In this document: positions 38,301 through 50,900 of the stretch, in pieces
How the letters are laid out: the number at the start of each line of letters is the position of its first letter
How positions within the stretch are numbered: the first letter of the stretch is position 1
NCBI RefSeq assembly: GCF_009914755.1
Contig: NC_060941.1
Length of the DNA: 64,000 nt
Direction: 5' to 3' (one strand)
From: the human T2T-CHM13v2.0 reference genome, Homo sapiens
Position numbers and translations under genes: made by a program
The notes under the pieces: model-generated
The model's input: only the letters and a program-made list of their open reading frames with translations
What the model was told of the DNA's origin: nothing
The model's database searches: none

Positions 38301-41300
38301 AACTAAAACAGAAGCATTCTCAGAACCCTCCTCGTGATGTTTGCATTCAACTCACAGTGCTGAACCTTTCTTTGATAGTTCAGCTTTGAAACACTCTTTT
38401 TGTAGAAACTGCAAGTGGATATTTGGTCCTCTCTGAGCATTTCGTTGGAAACGGGATAAACTGCACAGAACTAAACAGAAGCATTCTCAGAACCTTCTTC
38501 GTGATGTCTGCATTCAACTCACAGTGTGGAACCTTTCTTTGATAGTTCAGGTTTGAAACACTCTTTTTGTAGAAACTGCAAGGGGATAATTGCACTCTTT
38601 GAGGAGTACCGTAGTAAAGGAAATAACTTCCTATAAAAAGAAGACAGAAGCTTTCTCAGAAAATTCTTTGGGATGATTGAGTTGAACTCACAGAGCTGAG
38701 CATTCCTTGCGATGTAGCAGTTTAGAAACACACTTTCTGCAGAATCTGCAAGTGCATATTTGGACCTCTGTGAGGAATTCGTTGGAAACGGGATAATTTC
38801 AGCTGACTAAACAGAAGCAGTCTCAGAATCTTCTTTGTGATGTTTGCATTCAAATCCCCGAGTTGAACTTTCCTTTCAAAGTTCACGTTTGAAACACTCT
38901 TTTTGCAGGATCTACAAGTGGATATTTGGACCACTCTGTGTCCTTCGTTCGAAACGGGTATATCTTCACATGACATCTAGACAGAAGCATCCTCAGAAGC
39001 TTCTCTGTGATGACTGCATTCAACTCACGGAGTTGAACACTCCTTTTGAGAGCGCAGTTTTGAAACTCTCTTTCTGTGGCATCTGCAAGGGGACATGTAG
39101 ACCTCTTTGAAGATTTCGTTGGAAACGGAATCATCTTCACATAAAAACTATACAGATGCATTCTCAGGAACTTTTTGGTGATGTTTGTATTCAACTCCCA
39201 GAGTTGAACTTTCCTTTGGAAAGAGCAGCTATGAAACACTCTTTTTCTAGAATCTGCAAGTGGACGTTTGGAGGGCTTTGTGGTTTGTGGTGGAAAAGGA
39301 AATATCTTCACCTAAATACTAGATAGAAGCATTCTCAGAAACTGCTTTGTGATGATTGCATTCACCTCACAGAGTTGAACATTCCTATTGATAGAGCAGT
39401 TTGGAAACACTCTTGTTGTGGAATGTGCAAGTGGAGATTTGGAGCGCTTTGAGGCCTATGGTAGTAAAGGGAATAGCTTCATAGAAAAACTAGACAGAAG
39501 CATTCTCAGAAAATACTTTGTGATGATTGAGTTTAACTCACAGAGCTGAACATTCCTTTGGATGGAGCAGGTTTGAGACACACCTTTTGTAGAATCTACA
39601 AGTGGATATTTGGACCTCTCTGAGGATTTCGTTGGAAACGGGATAACTGCACCTAACTAAACGGAAGCATTCTCAGAAACTTCTTGGTGATGTTTGCATT
39701 CAAATCCCAGAGTTGAACCTTCCTTTGATAGTTCAGGTTTGAAACACTCTTTTTGTAGGATCTGCAAGTGGATATTTGGACCACTCTGTGGCCTTCGTTC
39801 GAAACGGGTATATCTTCGCATAAAATCTAGACAGAAGCCTTCTCAGAAACTTCTCTGTGATGATTGCATTCAACTCACAGAGTTGAACCCTCCTATGGAT
39901 AGAGCAGTGTTGAAACTCTCTTTTTGTGGAATCTGCAAGTGGATATGTGGACCTCTCCGAAGATGTCTTTGGAAACGGGAATATCTTCACATAAAAACTA
40001 AACAGAAGCATTCTCAGAAACTTCTCTGTGATGTTTGTGTTCAACTCCCAGAGTTTCACATTGCTTTTCATAGAGTAGTTCTGAAACATGCTTTTCGTAG
40101 TGTCTACAAGTGGACATTTGGAGCGCTTTCAGGCCTGTGGTGGAAAACGAATTATGGTCACATAAAAACTGGAGAGAAGCATTGTCAGAAACTTCTTTGT
40201 GATGATTGCATTCAACTCACAGAGTTGAAGGTTCCTTTTCAAAGAGCAGTTTCCAATCACTCTTTCTGTGGAATCTGCAAGTGGATATTCGGACCTATTT
40301 TGAAGATTTCGTTGGAAACGGGAGAATCTTCACAGGAAAGCTAAACAGAAGCATTCTCAGAAACTTCTTTGTGATGCTTGCATTCAACTCACAGAGTTGA
40401 ACTTTCCTTTCGAGAGAGAAGCTTTGAAACACTCTTTTTCCAGAATCTGCAAGTGGACATTTGGAGGGCTTTGAGGCCTGTGGTGGAAAAGGAATTATCT
40501 TCCCGTAAAAGCTAGATAGAAGCATTCTCAGAAACTACTTTGTGATGATTGCATTCAAGTCACAGAGTTGAACATTCCCTTTGACAGAGCAGTTTGGAAA
40601 CTCTCTTTGTGTAGAATCTGCAAGTGGAGATATGGACCGCTTTGAGGCCTATGGTAGTAAAGGAAATAGCTTCATATAAAAGCTAGACAGTAGCATTCAC
40701 AGAAAACTCTTGGTGACGACTGAGTTTAACTCACAGAGCTGAACATTCCTTTGGATGGAGCAGTTTCGAAACACACTATTTGTAGAATGTGCAAGTGGAT
40801 ATTTAGGCCTCTCTGAGGATTTCGTTGGAAACGGGATAAACCGCACAGAACTAAACAGAAGCATTCTCAGAACCTTCTTCGTGATGTTTGCATTCAACTC
40901 ACAGTGTTGAACCTTTCTTTGATAGTTCAGATTTGAAACGGTCTTTCTGTAGAAACTGCAAGTAGATATTTGGACCTCTCTGAGGATTTCGTTGGAAACG
41001 GGATAACCCGCACAGAACTAAAACAGAAGCATTCTCAGAACCCTCTTCGTGATGTTTGCATTCAACTCACAGTGCTGAACCTTTCTTTGATAGTTCAGCT
41101 TTGAAACACTCTTTTTGTAGAAACTGCAAGTGGATATTTGGTCCTCTCTGAGCATTTCGTTGGAAACGGGATAAACTGCACAGAACTAAACAGAAGCATT
41201 CTCAGAACCTTCTTCGTGATGTCTGCATTCAACTCACAGTGTGGAACCTTTCTTTGATAGTTCAGGTTTGAAACACTCTTTTTGTAGAAACTGCAAGGGG

Positions 41301-41932
41301 ATAATTGCACTCTTTGAGGAGTACCGTAGTAAAGGAAATAACTTCCTATAAAAAGAAGACAGAAGCTTTCTCAGAAAATTCTTTGGGATGATTGAGTTGA
41401 ACTCACAGAGCTGAGCATTCCTTGCGATGTAGCAGTTTAGAAACACACTTTCTGCAGAATCTGCAAGTGCATATTTGGACCTCTGTGAGGAATTCGTTGG
41501 AAACGGGATAATTTCAGCTGACTAAACAGAAGCAGTCTCAGAATCTTCTTTGTGATGTTTGCATTCAAATCCCCGAGTTGAACTTTCCTTTCAAAGTTCA
41601 CGTTTGAAACACTCTTTTTGCAGGATCTACAAGTGGATATTTGGACCACTCTGTGTCCTTCGTTCGAAACGGGTATATCTTCACATGACATCTAGACAGA
41701 AGCATCCTCAGAAGCTTCTCTGTGATGACTGCATTCAACTCACGGAGTTGAACACTCCTTTTGAGAGCGCAGTTTTGAAACTCTCTTTCTGTGGCATCTG
41801 CAAGGGGACACGTAGACCTCTTTGAAGATTTCGTTGGAAACGGAATCATCTTCACATAAAAACTATACAGATGCATTCTCAGGAACTTTTTGGTGATGTT
41901 TGTATTCAACTCCCAGAGTTGAACTTTCCTTT

Positions 41933-41933
41933 G
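41933..41933 (+). other. 1-bp deletion (TTTGGAAAG>TTTGAAAG) in HOR copy 16
   Basis: The sequence reads gaactttcctttgaaagagc against ...ctttggaaagagc in other copies. ORF spacing drops to 2714 (39694 to 42408), and the 142-aa ORF is truncated to 103 aa. Confidence 0.9.
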
Positions 41934-44900
41934 AAAGAGCAGCTATGAAACACTCTTTTTCTAGAATCTGCAAGTGGACGTTTGGAGGGCTTTGTGGTTT
42001 GTGGTGGAAAAGGAAATATCTTCACCTAAATACTAGATAGAAGCATTCTCAGAAACTGCTTTGTGATGATTGCATTCACCTCACAGAGTTGAACATTCCT
42101 ATTGATAGAGCAGTTTGGAAACACTCTTGTTGTGGAATGTGCAAGTGGAGATTTGGAGCGCTTTGAGGCCTATGGTAGTAAAGGGAATAGCTTCATAGAA
42201 AAACTAGACAGAAGCATTCTCAGAAAATACTTTGTGATGATTGAGTTTAACTCACAGAGCTGAACATTCCTTTGGATGGAGCAGGTTTGAGACACACCTT
42301 TTGTAGAATCTACAAGTGGATATTTGGACCTCTCTGAGGATTTCGTTGGAAACGGGATAACTGCACCTAACTAAACGGAAGCATTCTCAGAAACTTCTTG
42401 GTGATGTTTGCATTCAAATCCCAGAGTTGAACCTTCCTTTGATAGTTCAGGTTTGAAACACTCTTTTTGTAGGATCTGCAAGTGGATATTTGGACCACTC
42501 TGTGGCCTTCGTTCGAAACGGGTATATCTTCGCATAAAATCTAGACAGAAGCCTTCTCAGAAACTTCTCTGTGATGATTGCATTCAACTCACAGAGTTGA
42601 ACCCTCCTATGGATAGAGCAGTGTTGAAACTCTCTTTTTGTGGAATCTGCAAGTGGATATGTGGACCTCTCCGAAGATGTCTTTGGAAACGGGAATATCT
42701 TCACATAAAAACTAAACAGAAGCATTCTCAGAAACTTCTCTGTGATGTTTGTGTTCAACTCCCAGAGTTTCACATTGCTTTTCATAGAGTAGTTCTGAAA
42801 CATGCTTTTCGTAGTGTCTACAAGTGGACATTTGGAGCGCTTTCAGGCCTGTGGTGGAAAACGAATTATGGTCACATAAAAACTGGAGAGAAGCATTGTC
42901 AGAAACTTCTTTGTGATGATTGCATTCAACTCACAGAGTTGAAGGTTCCTTTTCAAAGAGCAGTTTCCAATCACTCTTTGTGTGGAATCTGCAAGTGGAT
43001 ATTTGGACCTATTTTGAAGATTTCGTTGGAAACGGGAGAATCTTCACAGGAAAGCTAAACAGAAGCATTCTCAGAAACTTCTTTGTGATGCTTGCATTCA
43101 ACTCACAGAGTTGAACTTTCCTTTCGAGAGAGAAGCTTTGAAACACTCTTTTTCCAGAATCTGCAAGTGGACATTTGGAGGGCTTTGAGGCCTGTGGTGG
43201 AAAAGGAATTATCTTCCCGTAAAAGCTAGATAGAAGCATTCTCAGAAACTACTTTGTGATGATTGCATTCAAGTCACAGAGTTGAACATTCCCTTTGACA
43301 GAGCAGTTTGGAAACTCTCTTTGTGTAGAATCTGCAAGTGGAGATATGGACCGCTTTGAGGCCTATGGTAGTAAAGGAAATAGCTTCATATAAAAGCTAG
43401 ACAGTAGCATTCACAGAAAACTCTTGGTGACGACTGAGTTTAACTCACAGAGCTGAACATTCCTTTGGATGGAGCAGTTTCGAAACACACTATTTGTAGA
43501 ATGTGCAAGTGGATATTTAGGCCTCTCTGAGGATTTCGTTGGAAACGGGATAAACCGCACAGAACTAAACAGAAGCATTCTCAGAACCTTCTTCGTGATG
43601 TTTGCATTCAACTCACAGTGTTGAACCTTTCTTTGATAGTTCAGGTTTGAAACGGTCTTTCTGTAGAAACTGCAAGTAGATATTTGGACCTCTCTGAGGA
43701 TTTCGTTGGAAACGGGATAACCCGCACAGAACTAAAACAGAAGCATTCTCAGAACCCTCTTCGTGATGTTTGCATTCAACTCACAGTGCTGAACCTTTCT
43801 TTGATAGTTCAGCTTTGAAACACTCTTTTTGTAGAAACTGCAAGTGGATATTTGGTCCTCTCTGAGCATTTCGTTGGAAACGGGATAAACTGCACAGAAC
43901 TAAACAGAAGCATTCTCAGAACCTTCTTCGTGATGTCTGCATTCAACTCACAGTGTGGAACCTTTCTTTGATAGTTCAGGTTTGAAACACTCTTTTTGTA
44001 GAAACTGCAAGGGGATAATTGCACTCTTTGAGGAGTACCGTAGTAAAGGAAATAACTTCCTATAAAAAGAAGACAGAAGCTTTCTCAGAAAATTCTTTGG
44101 GATGATTGAGTTGAACTCACAGAGCTGAGCATTCCTTGCGATGTAGCAGTTTAGAAACACACTTTCTGCAGAATCTGCAAGTGCATATTTGGACCTCTGT
44201 GAGGAATTCGTTGGAAACGGGATAATTTCAGCTGACTAAACAGAAGCAGTCTCAGAATCTTCTTTGTGATGTTTGCATTCAAATCCCCGAGTTGAACTTT
44301 CCTTTCAAAGTTCACGTTTGAAACACTCTTTTTGCAGGATCTACAAGTGGATATTTGGACCACTCTGTGTCCTTCGTTCGAAACGGGTATATCTTCACAT
44401 GACATCTAGACAGAAGCATCCTCAGAAGCTTCTCTGTGATGACTGCATTCAACTCACGGAGTTGAACACTCCTTTTGAGAGCGCAGTTTTGAAACTCTCT
44501 TTCTGTGGCATCTGCAAGGGGACACGTAGACCTCTTTGAAGATTTCGTTGGAAACGGAATCATCTTCACATAAAAACTATACAGATGCATTCTCAGGAAC
44601 TTTTTGGTGATGTTTGTATTCAACTCCCAGAGTTGAACTTTCCTTTGGAAAGAGCAGCTATGAAACACTCTTTTTCTAGAATCTGCAAGTGGACGTTTGG
44701 AGGGCTTTGTGGTTTGTGGTGGAAAAGGAAATATCTTCACCTAAATACTAGATAGAAGCATTCTCAGAAACTGCTTTGTGATGATTGCATTCACCTCACA
44801 GAGTTGAACATTCCTATTGATAGAGCAGTTTGGAAACACTCTTGTTGTGGAATGTGCAAGTGGAGATTTGGAGCGCTTTGAGGCCTATGGTAGTAAAGGG

Positions 44901-47900
44901 AATAGCTTCATAGAAAAACTAGACAGAAGCATTCTCAGAAAATACTTTGTGATGATTGAGTTTAACTCACAGAGCTGAACATTCCTTTGGATGGAGCAGG
45001 TTTGAGACACACCTTTTGTAGAATCTACAAGTGGATATTTGGACCTCTCTGAGGATTTCGTTGGAAACGGGATAACTGCACCTAACTAAACGGAAGCATT
45101 CTCAGAAACTTCTTGGTGATGTTTGCATTCAAATCCCAGAGTTGAACCTTCCTTTGATAGTTCAGGTTTGAAACACTCTTTTTGTAGGATCTGCAAGTGG
45201 ATATTTGGACCACTCTGTGGCCTTCGTTCGAAACGGGTATATCTTCGCATAAAATCTAGACAGAAGCCTTCTCAGAAACTTCTCTGTGATGATTGCATTC
45301 AACTCACAGAGTTGAACCCTCCTATGGATAGAGCAGTGTTGAAACTCTCTTTTTGTGGAATCTGCAAGTGGATATGTGGACCTCTCCGAAGATGTCTTTG
45401 GAAACGGGAATATCTTCACATAAAAACTAAACAGAAGCATTCTCAGAAACTTCTCTGTGATGTTTGTGTTCAACTCCCAGAGTTTCACATTGCTTTTCAT
45501 AGAGTAGTTCTGAAACATGCTTTTCGTAGTGTCTACAAGTGGACATTTGGAGCGCTTTCAGGCCTGTGGTGGAAAACGAATTATGGTCACATAAAAACTG
45601 GAGAGAAGCATTGTCAGAAACTTCTTTGTGATGATTGCATTCAACTCACAGAGTTGAAGGTTCCTTTTCAAAGAGCAGTTTCCAATCACTCTTTCTGTGG
45701 AATCTGCAAGTGGATATTCGGACCTATTTTGAAGATTTCGTTGGAAACGGGAGAATCTTCACAGGAAAGCTAAACAGAAGCATTCTCAGAAACTTCTTTG
45801 TGATGCTTGCATTCAACTCACAGAGTTGAACTTTCCTTTCGAGAGAGAAGCTTTGAAACACTCTTTTTCCAGAATCTGCAAGTGGACATTTGGAGGGCTT
45901 TGAGGCCTGTGGTGGAAAAGGAATTATCTTCCCGTAAAAGCTAGATAGAAGCATTCTCAGAAACTACTTTGTGATGATTGCATTCAAGTCACAGAGTTGA
46001 ACATTCCCTTTGACAGAGCAGTTTGGAAACTCTCTTTGTGTAGAATCTGCAAGTGGAGATATGGACCGCTTTGAGGCCTATGGTAGTAAAGGAAATAGCT
46101 TCATATAAAAGCTAGACAGTAGCATTCACAGAAAACTCTTGGTGACGACTGAGTTTAACTCACAGAGCTGAACATTCCTTTGGATGGAGCAGTTTCGAAA
46201 CACACTATTTGTAGAATGTGCAAGTGGATATTTAGGCCTCTCTGAGGATTTCGTTGGAAACGGGATAAACCGCACAGAACTAAACAGAAGCATTCTCAGA
46301 ACCTTCTTCGTGATGTTTGCATTCAACTCACAGTGTTGAACCTTTCTTTGATAGTTCAGGTTTCAAACGGTCTTTCTGTAGAAACTGCAAGTAGATATTT
46401 GGACCTCTCTGAGGATTTCGTTGGAAACGGGATAACCCGCACAGAACTAAAACAGAAGCATTCTCAGAACCCTCTTCGTGATGTTTGCATTCAACTCACA
46501 GTGCTGAACCTTTCTTTGATAGTTCAGCTTTGAAACACTCTTTTTGTAGAAACTGCAAGTGGATATTTGGTCCTCTCTGAGCATTTCGTTGGAAACGGGA
46601 TAAACTGCACAGAACTAAACAGAAGCATTCTCAGAACCTTCTTCGTGATGTCTGCATTCAACTCACAGTGTGGAACCTTTCTTTGATAGTTCAGGTTTGA
46701 AACACTCTTTTTGTAGAAACTGCAAGGGGATAATTGCACTCTTTGAGGAGTACCGTAGTAAAGGAAATAACTTCCTATAAAAAGAAGACAGAAGCTTTCT
46801 CAGAAAATTCTTTGGGATGATTGAGTTGAACTCACAGAGCTGAGCATTCCTTGCGATGTAGCAGTTTAGAAACACACTTTCTGCAGAATCTGCAAGTGCA
46901 TATTTGGACCTCTGTGAGGAATTCGTTGGAAACGGGATAATTTCAGCTGACTAAACAGAAGCAGTCTCAGAATCTTCTTTGTGATGTTTGCATTCAAATC
47001 CCCGAGTTGAACTTTCCTTTCAAAGTTCACGTTTGAAACACTCTTTTTGCAGGATCTACAAGTGGATATTTGGACCACTCTGTGTCCTTCGTTCGAAACG
47101 GGTATATCTTCACATGACATCTAGACAGAAGCATCCTCAGAAGCTTCTCTGTGATGACTGCATTCAACTCACGGAGTTGAACACTCCTTTTGAGAGCGCA
47201 GTTTTGAAACTCTCTTTCTGTGGCATCTGCAAGGGGACACGTAGACCTCTTTGAAGATTTCGTTGGAAACGGAATCATCTTCACATAAAAACTATACAGA
47301 CGCATTCTCAGGAACTTTTTGGTGATGTTTGTATTCAACTCCCAGAGTTGAACTTTCCTTTGGAAAGAGCAGCTATGAAACACTGTTTTTCTAGAATCTG
47401 CAAGTGGACGTTTGGAGGGCTTTGTGGTTTGTGGTGGAAAAGGAAATATCTTCACCTAAATACTAGATAGAAGCATTCTCAGAAACTGCTTTGTGATGAT
47501 TGCATTCACCTCACAGAGTTGAACATTCCTATTGATAGAGCAGTTTGGAAACACTCTTGTTGTGGAATGTGCAAGTGGAGATTTGGAGCGCTTTGAGGCC
47601 TATGGTAGTAAAGGGAATAGCTTCATAGAAAAACTAGACAGAAGCATTCTCAGAAAATACTTTGTGATGATTGAGTTTAACTCACAGAGCTGAACATTCC
47701 TTTGGATGGAGGAGGTTTGAGACACACTTTTTGTAGAATCTACAAGTGGATATTTGGACCTCTCTGAGGATTTCGTTGGAAACGGGATAACTGCACCTAA
47801 CTAAACGGAAGCATTCTCAGAAACTTCTTGGTGATGTTTGCATTCAAATCCCAGAGTTGAACCTTCCTTTGATAGTTCAGGTTTGAAACACTCTTTTTGT

Positions 47901-50900
47901 AGGATCTGCAAGTGGATATTTGGACCACTCTGTGGCCTTCGTTCGAAACGGGTATATCTTCGCATAAAATCTAGACAGAAGCCTTCTCAGAAACTTCTCT
48001 GTGATGATTGCATTCAACTCACAGAGTTGAACCCTCCTATGGATAGAGCAGTGTTGAAACTCTCTTTTTGTGGAATCTGCAAGTGGATATGTGGACCTCT
48101 CCGAAGATGTCTTTGGAAACGGGAATATCTTCACATAAAAACTAAACAGAAGCATTCTCAGAAACTTCTCTGTGATGTTTGTGTTCAACTCCCAGAGTTT
48201 CACATTGCTTTTCATAGAGTAGTTCTGAAACATGCTTTTCGTAGTGTCTACAAGTGGACATTTGGAGCGCTTTCAGGCCTGTGGTGGAAAACGAATTATG
48301 GTCACATAAAAACTGGAGAGAAGCATTGTCAGAAACTTCTTTGTGATGATTGCATTCAACTCACAGAGTTGAAGGTTCCTTTTCAAAGAGCAGTTTCCAA
48401 TCACTCTTTCTGTGGAATCTGCAAGTGGATATTTGGACCTATTTTGAAGATTTCGTTGGAAACGGGAGAATCTTCACAGGAAAGCTAAACAGAAGCATTC
48501 TCAGAAACTTCTTTGTGATGCTTGCATTCAACTCACAGAGTTGAACTTTCCTTTCGAGAGAGAAGCTTTGAAACACTCTTTTTCCAGAATCTGCAAGTGG
48601 ACATTTGGAGGGCTTTGAGGCCTGTGGTGGAAAAGGAATTATCTTCCCGTAAAAGCTAGATAGAAGCATTCTCAGAAACTACTTTGTGATGATTGCATTC
48701 AAGTCACAGAGTTGAACATTCCCTTTGACAGAGCAGTTTGGAAACTCTCTTTGTGTAGAATCTGCAAGTGGAGATATGGACCGCTTTGAGGCCTATGGTA
48801 GTAAAGGAAATAGCTTCATATAAGAGCTAGACAGTAGCATTCACAGAAAACTCTTGGTGACGACTGAGTTTAACTCACAGAGCTGAACATTCCTTTGGAT
48901 GGAGCAGTTTCGAAACACACTATTTGTAGAATGTGCAAGTGGATATTTAGGCCTCTCTGAGGATTTCGTTGGAAACGGGATAAACCGCACAGAACTAAAC
49001 AGAAGCATTCTCAGAACCTTCTTCGTGATGTTTGCATTCAACTCACAGTGTTGAACCTTTCTTTGATAGTTCAGGTTTGAAAAGGTCTTTCTGTAGAAAC
49101 TGCAAGTAGATATTTGGACCTCTCTGAGGATTTCGTTGGAAACGGTATAACCCGCACAGAACTAAAACAGAAGCATTCTCAGAACCCTCTTCGTGATGTT
49201 TGCATTCAACTCACAGTGCTGAACCTTTCTTTGATAGTTCAGCTTTGAAACACTCTTTTTGTAGAAACTGCAAGTGGATATTTGGTCCTCTCTGAGCATT
49301 TCGTTGGAAACGGGATAAACTGCACAGAACTAAACAGAAGCATTCTCAGAACCTTCTTCGTGATGTCTGCATTCAACTCACAGTGTGGAACCTTTCTTTG
49401 ATAGTTCAGGTTTGAAACACTCTTTTTGTAGAAACTGCAAGGGGATAATTGCACTCTTTGAGGAGTACCGTAGTAAAGGAAATAACTTCCTATAAAAAGA
49501 AGACAGAAGCTTTCTCAGAAAATTCTTTGGGATGATTGAGTTGAACTCACAGAGCTGAGCATTCCTTGCGATGTAGCAGTTTAGAAACACACTTTCTGCA
49601 GAATCTGCAAGTGCATATTTGGACCTCTGTGAGGAATTCGTTGGAAACGGGATAATTTCAGCTGACTAAACAGAAGCAGTCTCAGAATCTTCTTTGTGAT
49701 GTTTGCATTCAAATCCCCGAGTTGAACTTTCCTTTCAAAGTTCACGTTTGAAACACTCTTTTTGCAGGATCTACAAGTGGATATTTGGACCACTCTGTGT
49801 CCTTCGTTCGAAACGGGTATATCTTCACATGACATCTAGACAGAAGCATCCTCAGAAGCTTCTCTGTGATGACTGCATTCAACTCACGGAGTTGAACACT
49901 CCTTTTGAGAGCGCAGTTTTGAAACTCTCTTTCTGTGGCATCTGCAAGGGGACATGTAGACCTCTTTGAAGATTTCGTTGGAAACGGAATCATCTTCACA
50001 TAAAAACTATACAGATGCATTCTCAGGAACTTTTTGGTGATGTTTGTATTCAACTCCCAGAGTTGAACTTTCCTTTGGAAAGAGCAGCTATGAAACACTC
50101 TTTTTCTAGAATCTGCAAGTGGACGTTTGGAGGGCTTTGTGGTTTGTGGTGGAAAAGGAAATATCTTCACCTAAATACTAGATAGAAGCATTCTCAGAAA
50201 CTGCTTTGTGATGATTGCATTCACCTCACAGAGTTGAACATTCCTATTGATAGAGCAGTTTGGAAACACTCTTGTTGTGGAATGTGCAAGTGGAGATTTG
50301 GAGCGCTTTGAGGCCTATGGTAGTAAAGGGAATAGCTTCATAGAAAAACTAGACAGAAGCATTCTCAGAAAATACTTTGTGATGATTGAGTTTAACTCAC
50401 AGAGCTGAACATTCCTTTGGATGGAGCAGGTTTGAGACACACCTTTTGTAGAATCTACAAGTGGATATTTGGACCTCTCTGAGGATTTCGTTGGAAACGG
50501 GATAACTGCACCTAACTAAACGGAAGCATTCTCAGAAACTTCTTGGTGATGTTTGCATTCAAATCCCAGAGTTGAACCTTCCTTTGATAGTTCAGGTTTG
50601 AAACACTCTTTTTGTAGGATCTGCAAGTGGATATTTGGACCACTCTGTGGCCTTCGTTCGAAACGGGTATATCTTCGCATAAAATCTAGACAGAAGCCTT
50701 CTCAGAAACTTCTCTGTGATGATTGCATTCAACTCACAGAGTTGAACCCTCCTATGGATAGAGCAGTGTTGAAACTCTCTTTTTGTGGAATCTGCAAGTG
50801 GATATGTGGACCTCTCCGAAGATGTCTTTGGAAACGGGAATATCTTCACATAAAAACTAAACAGAAGCATTCTCAGAAACTTCTCTGTGATGTTTGTGTT

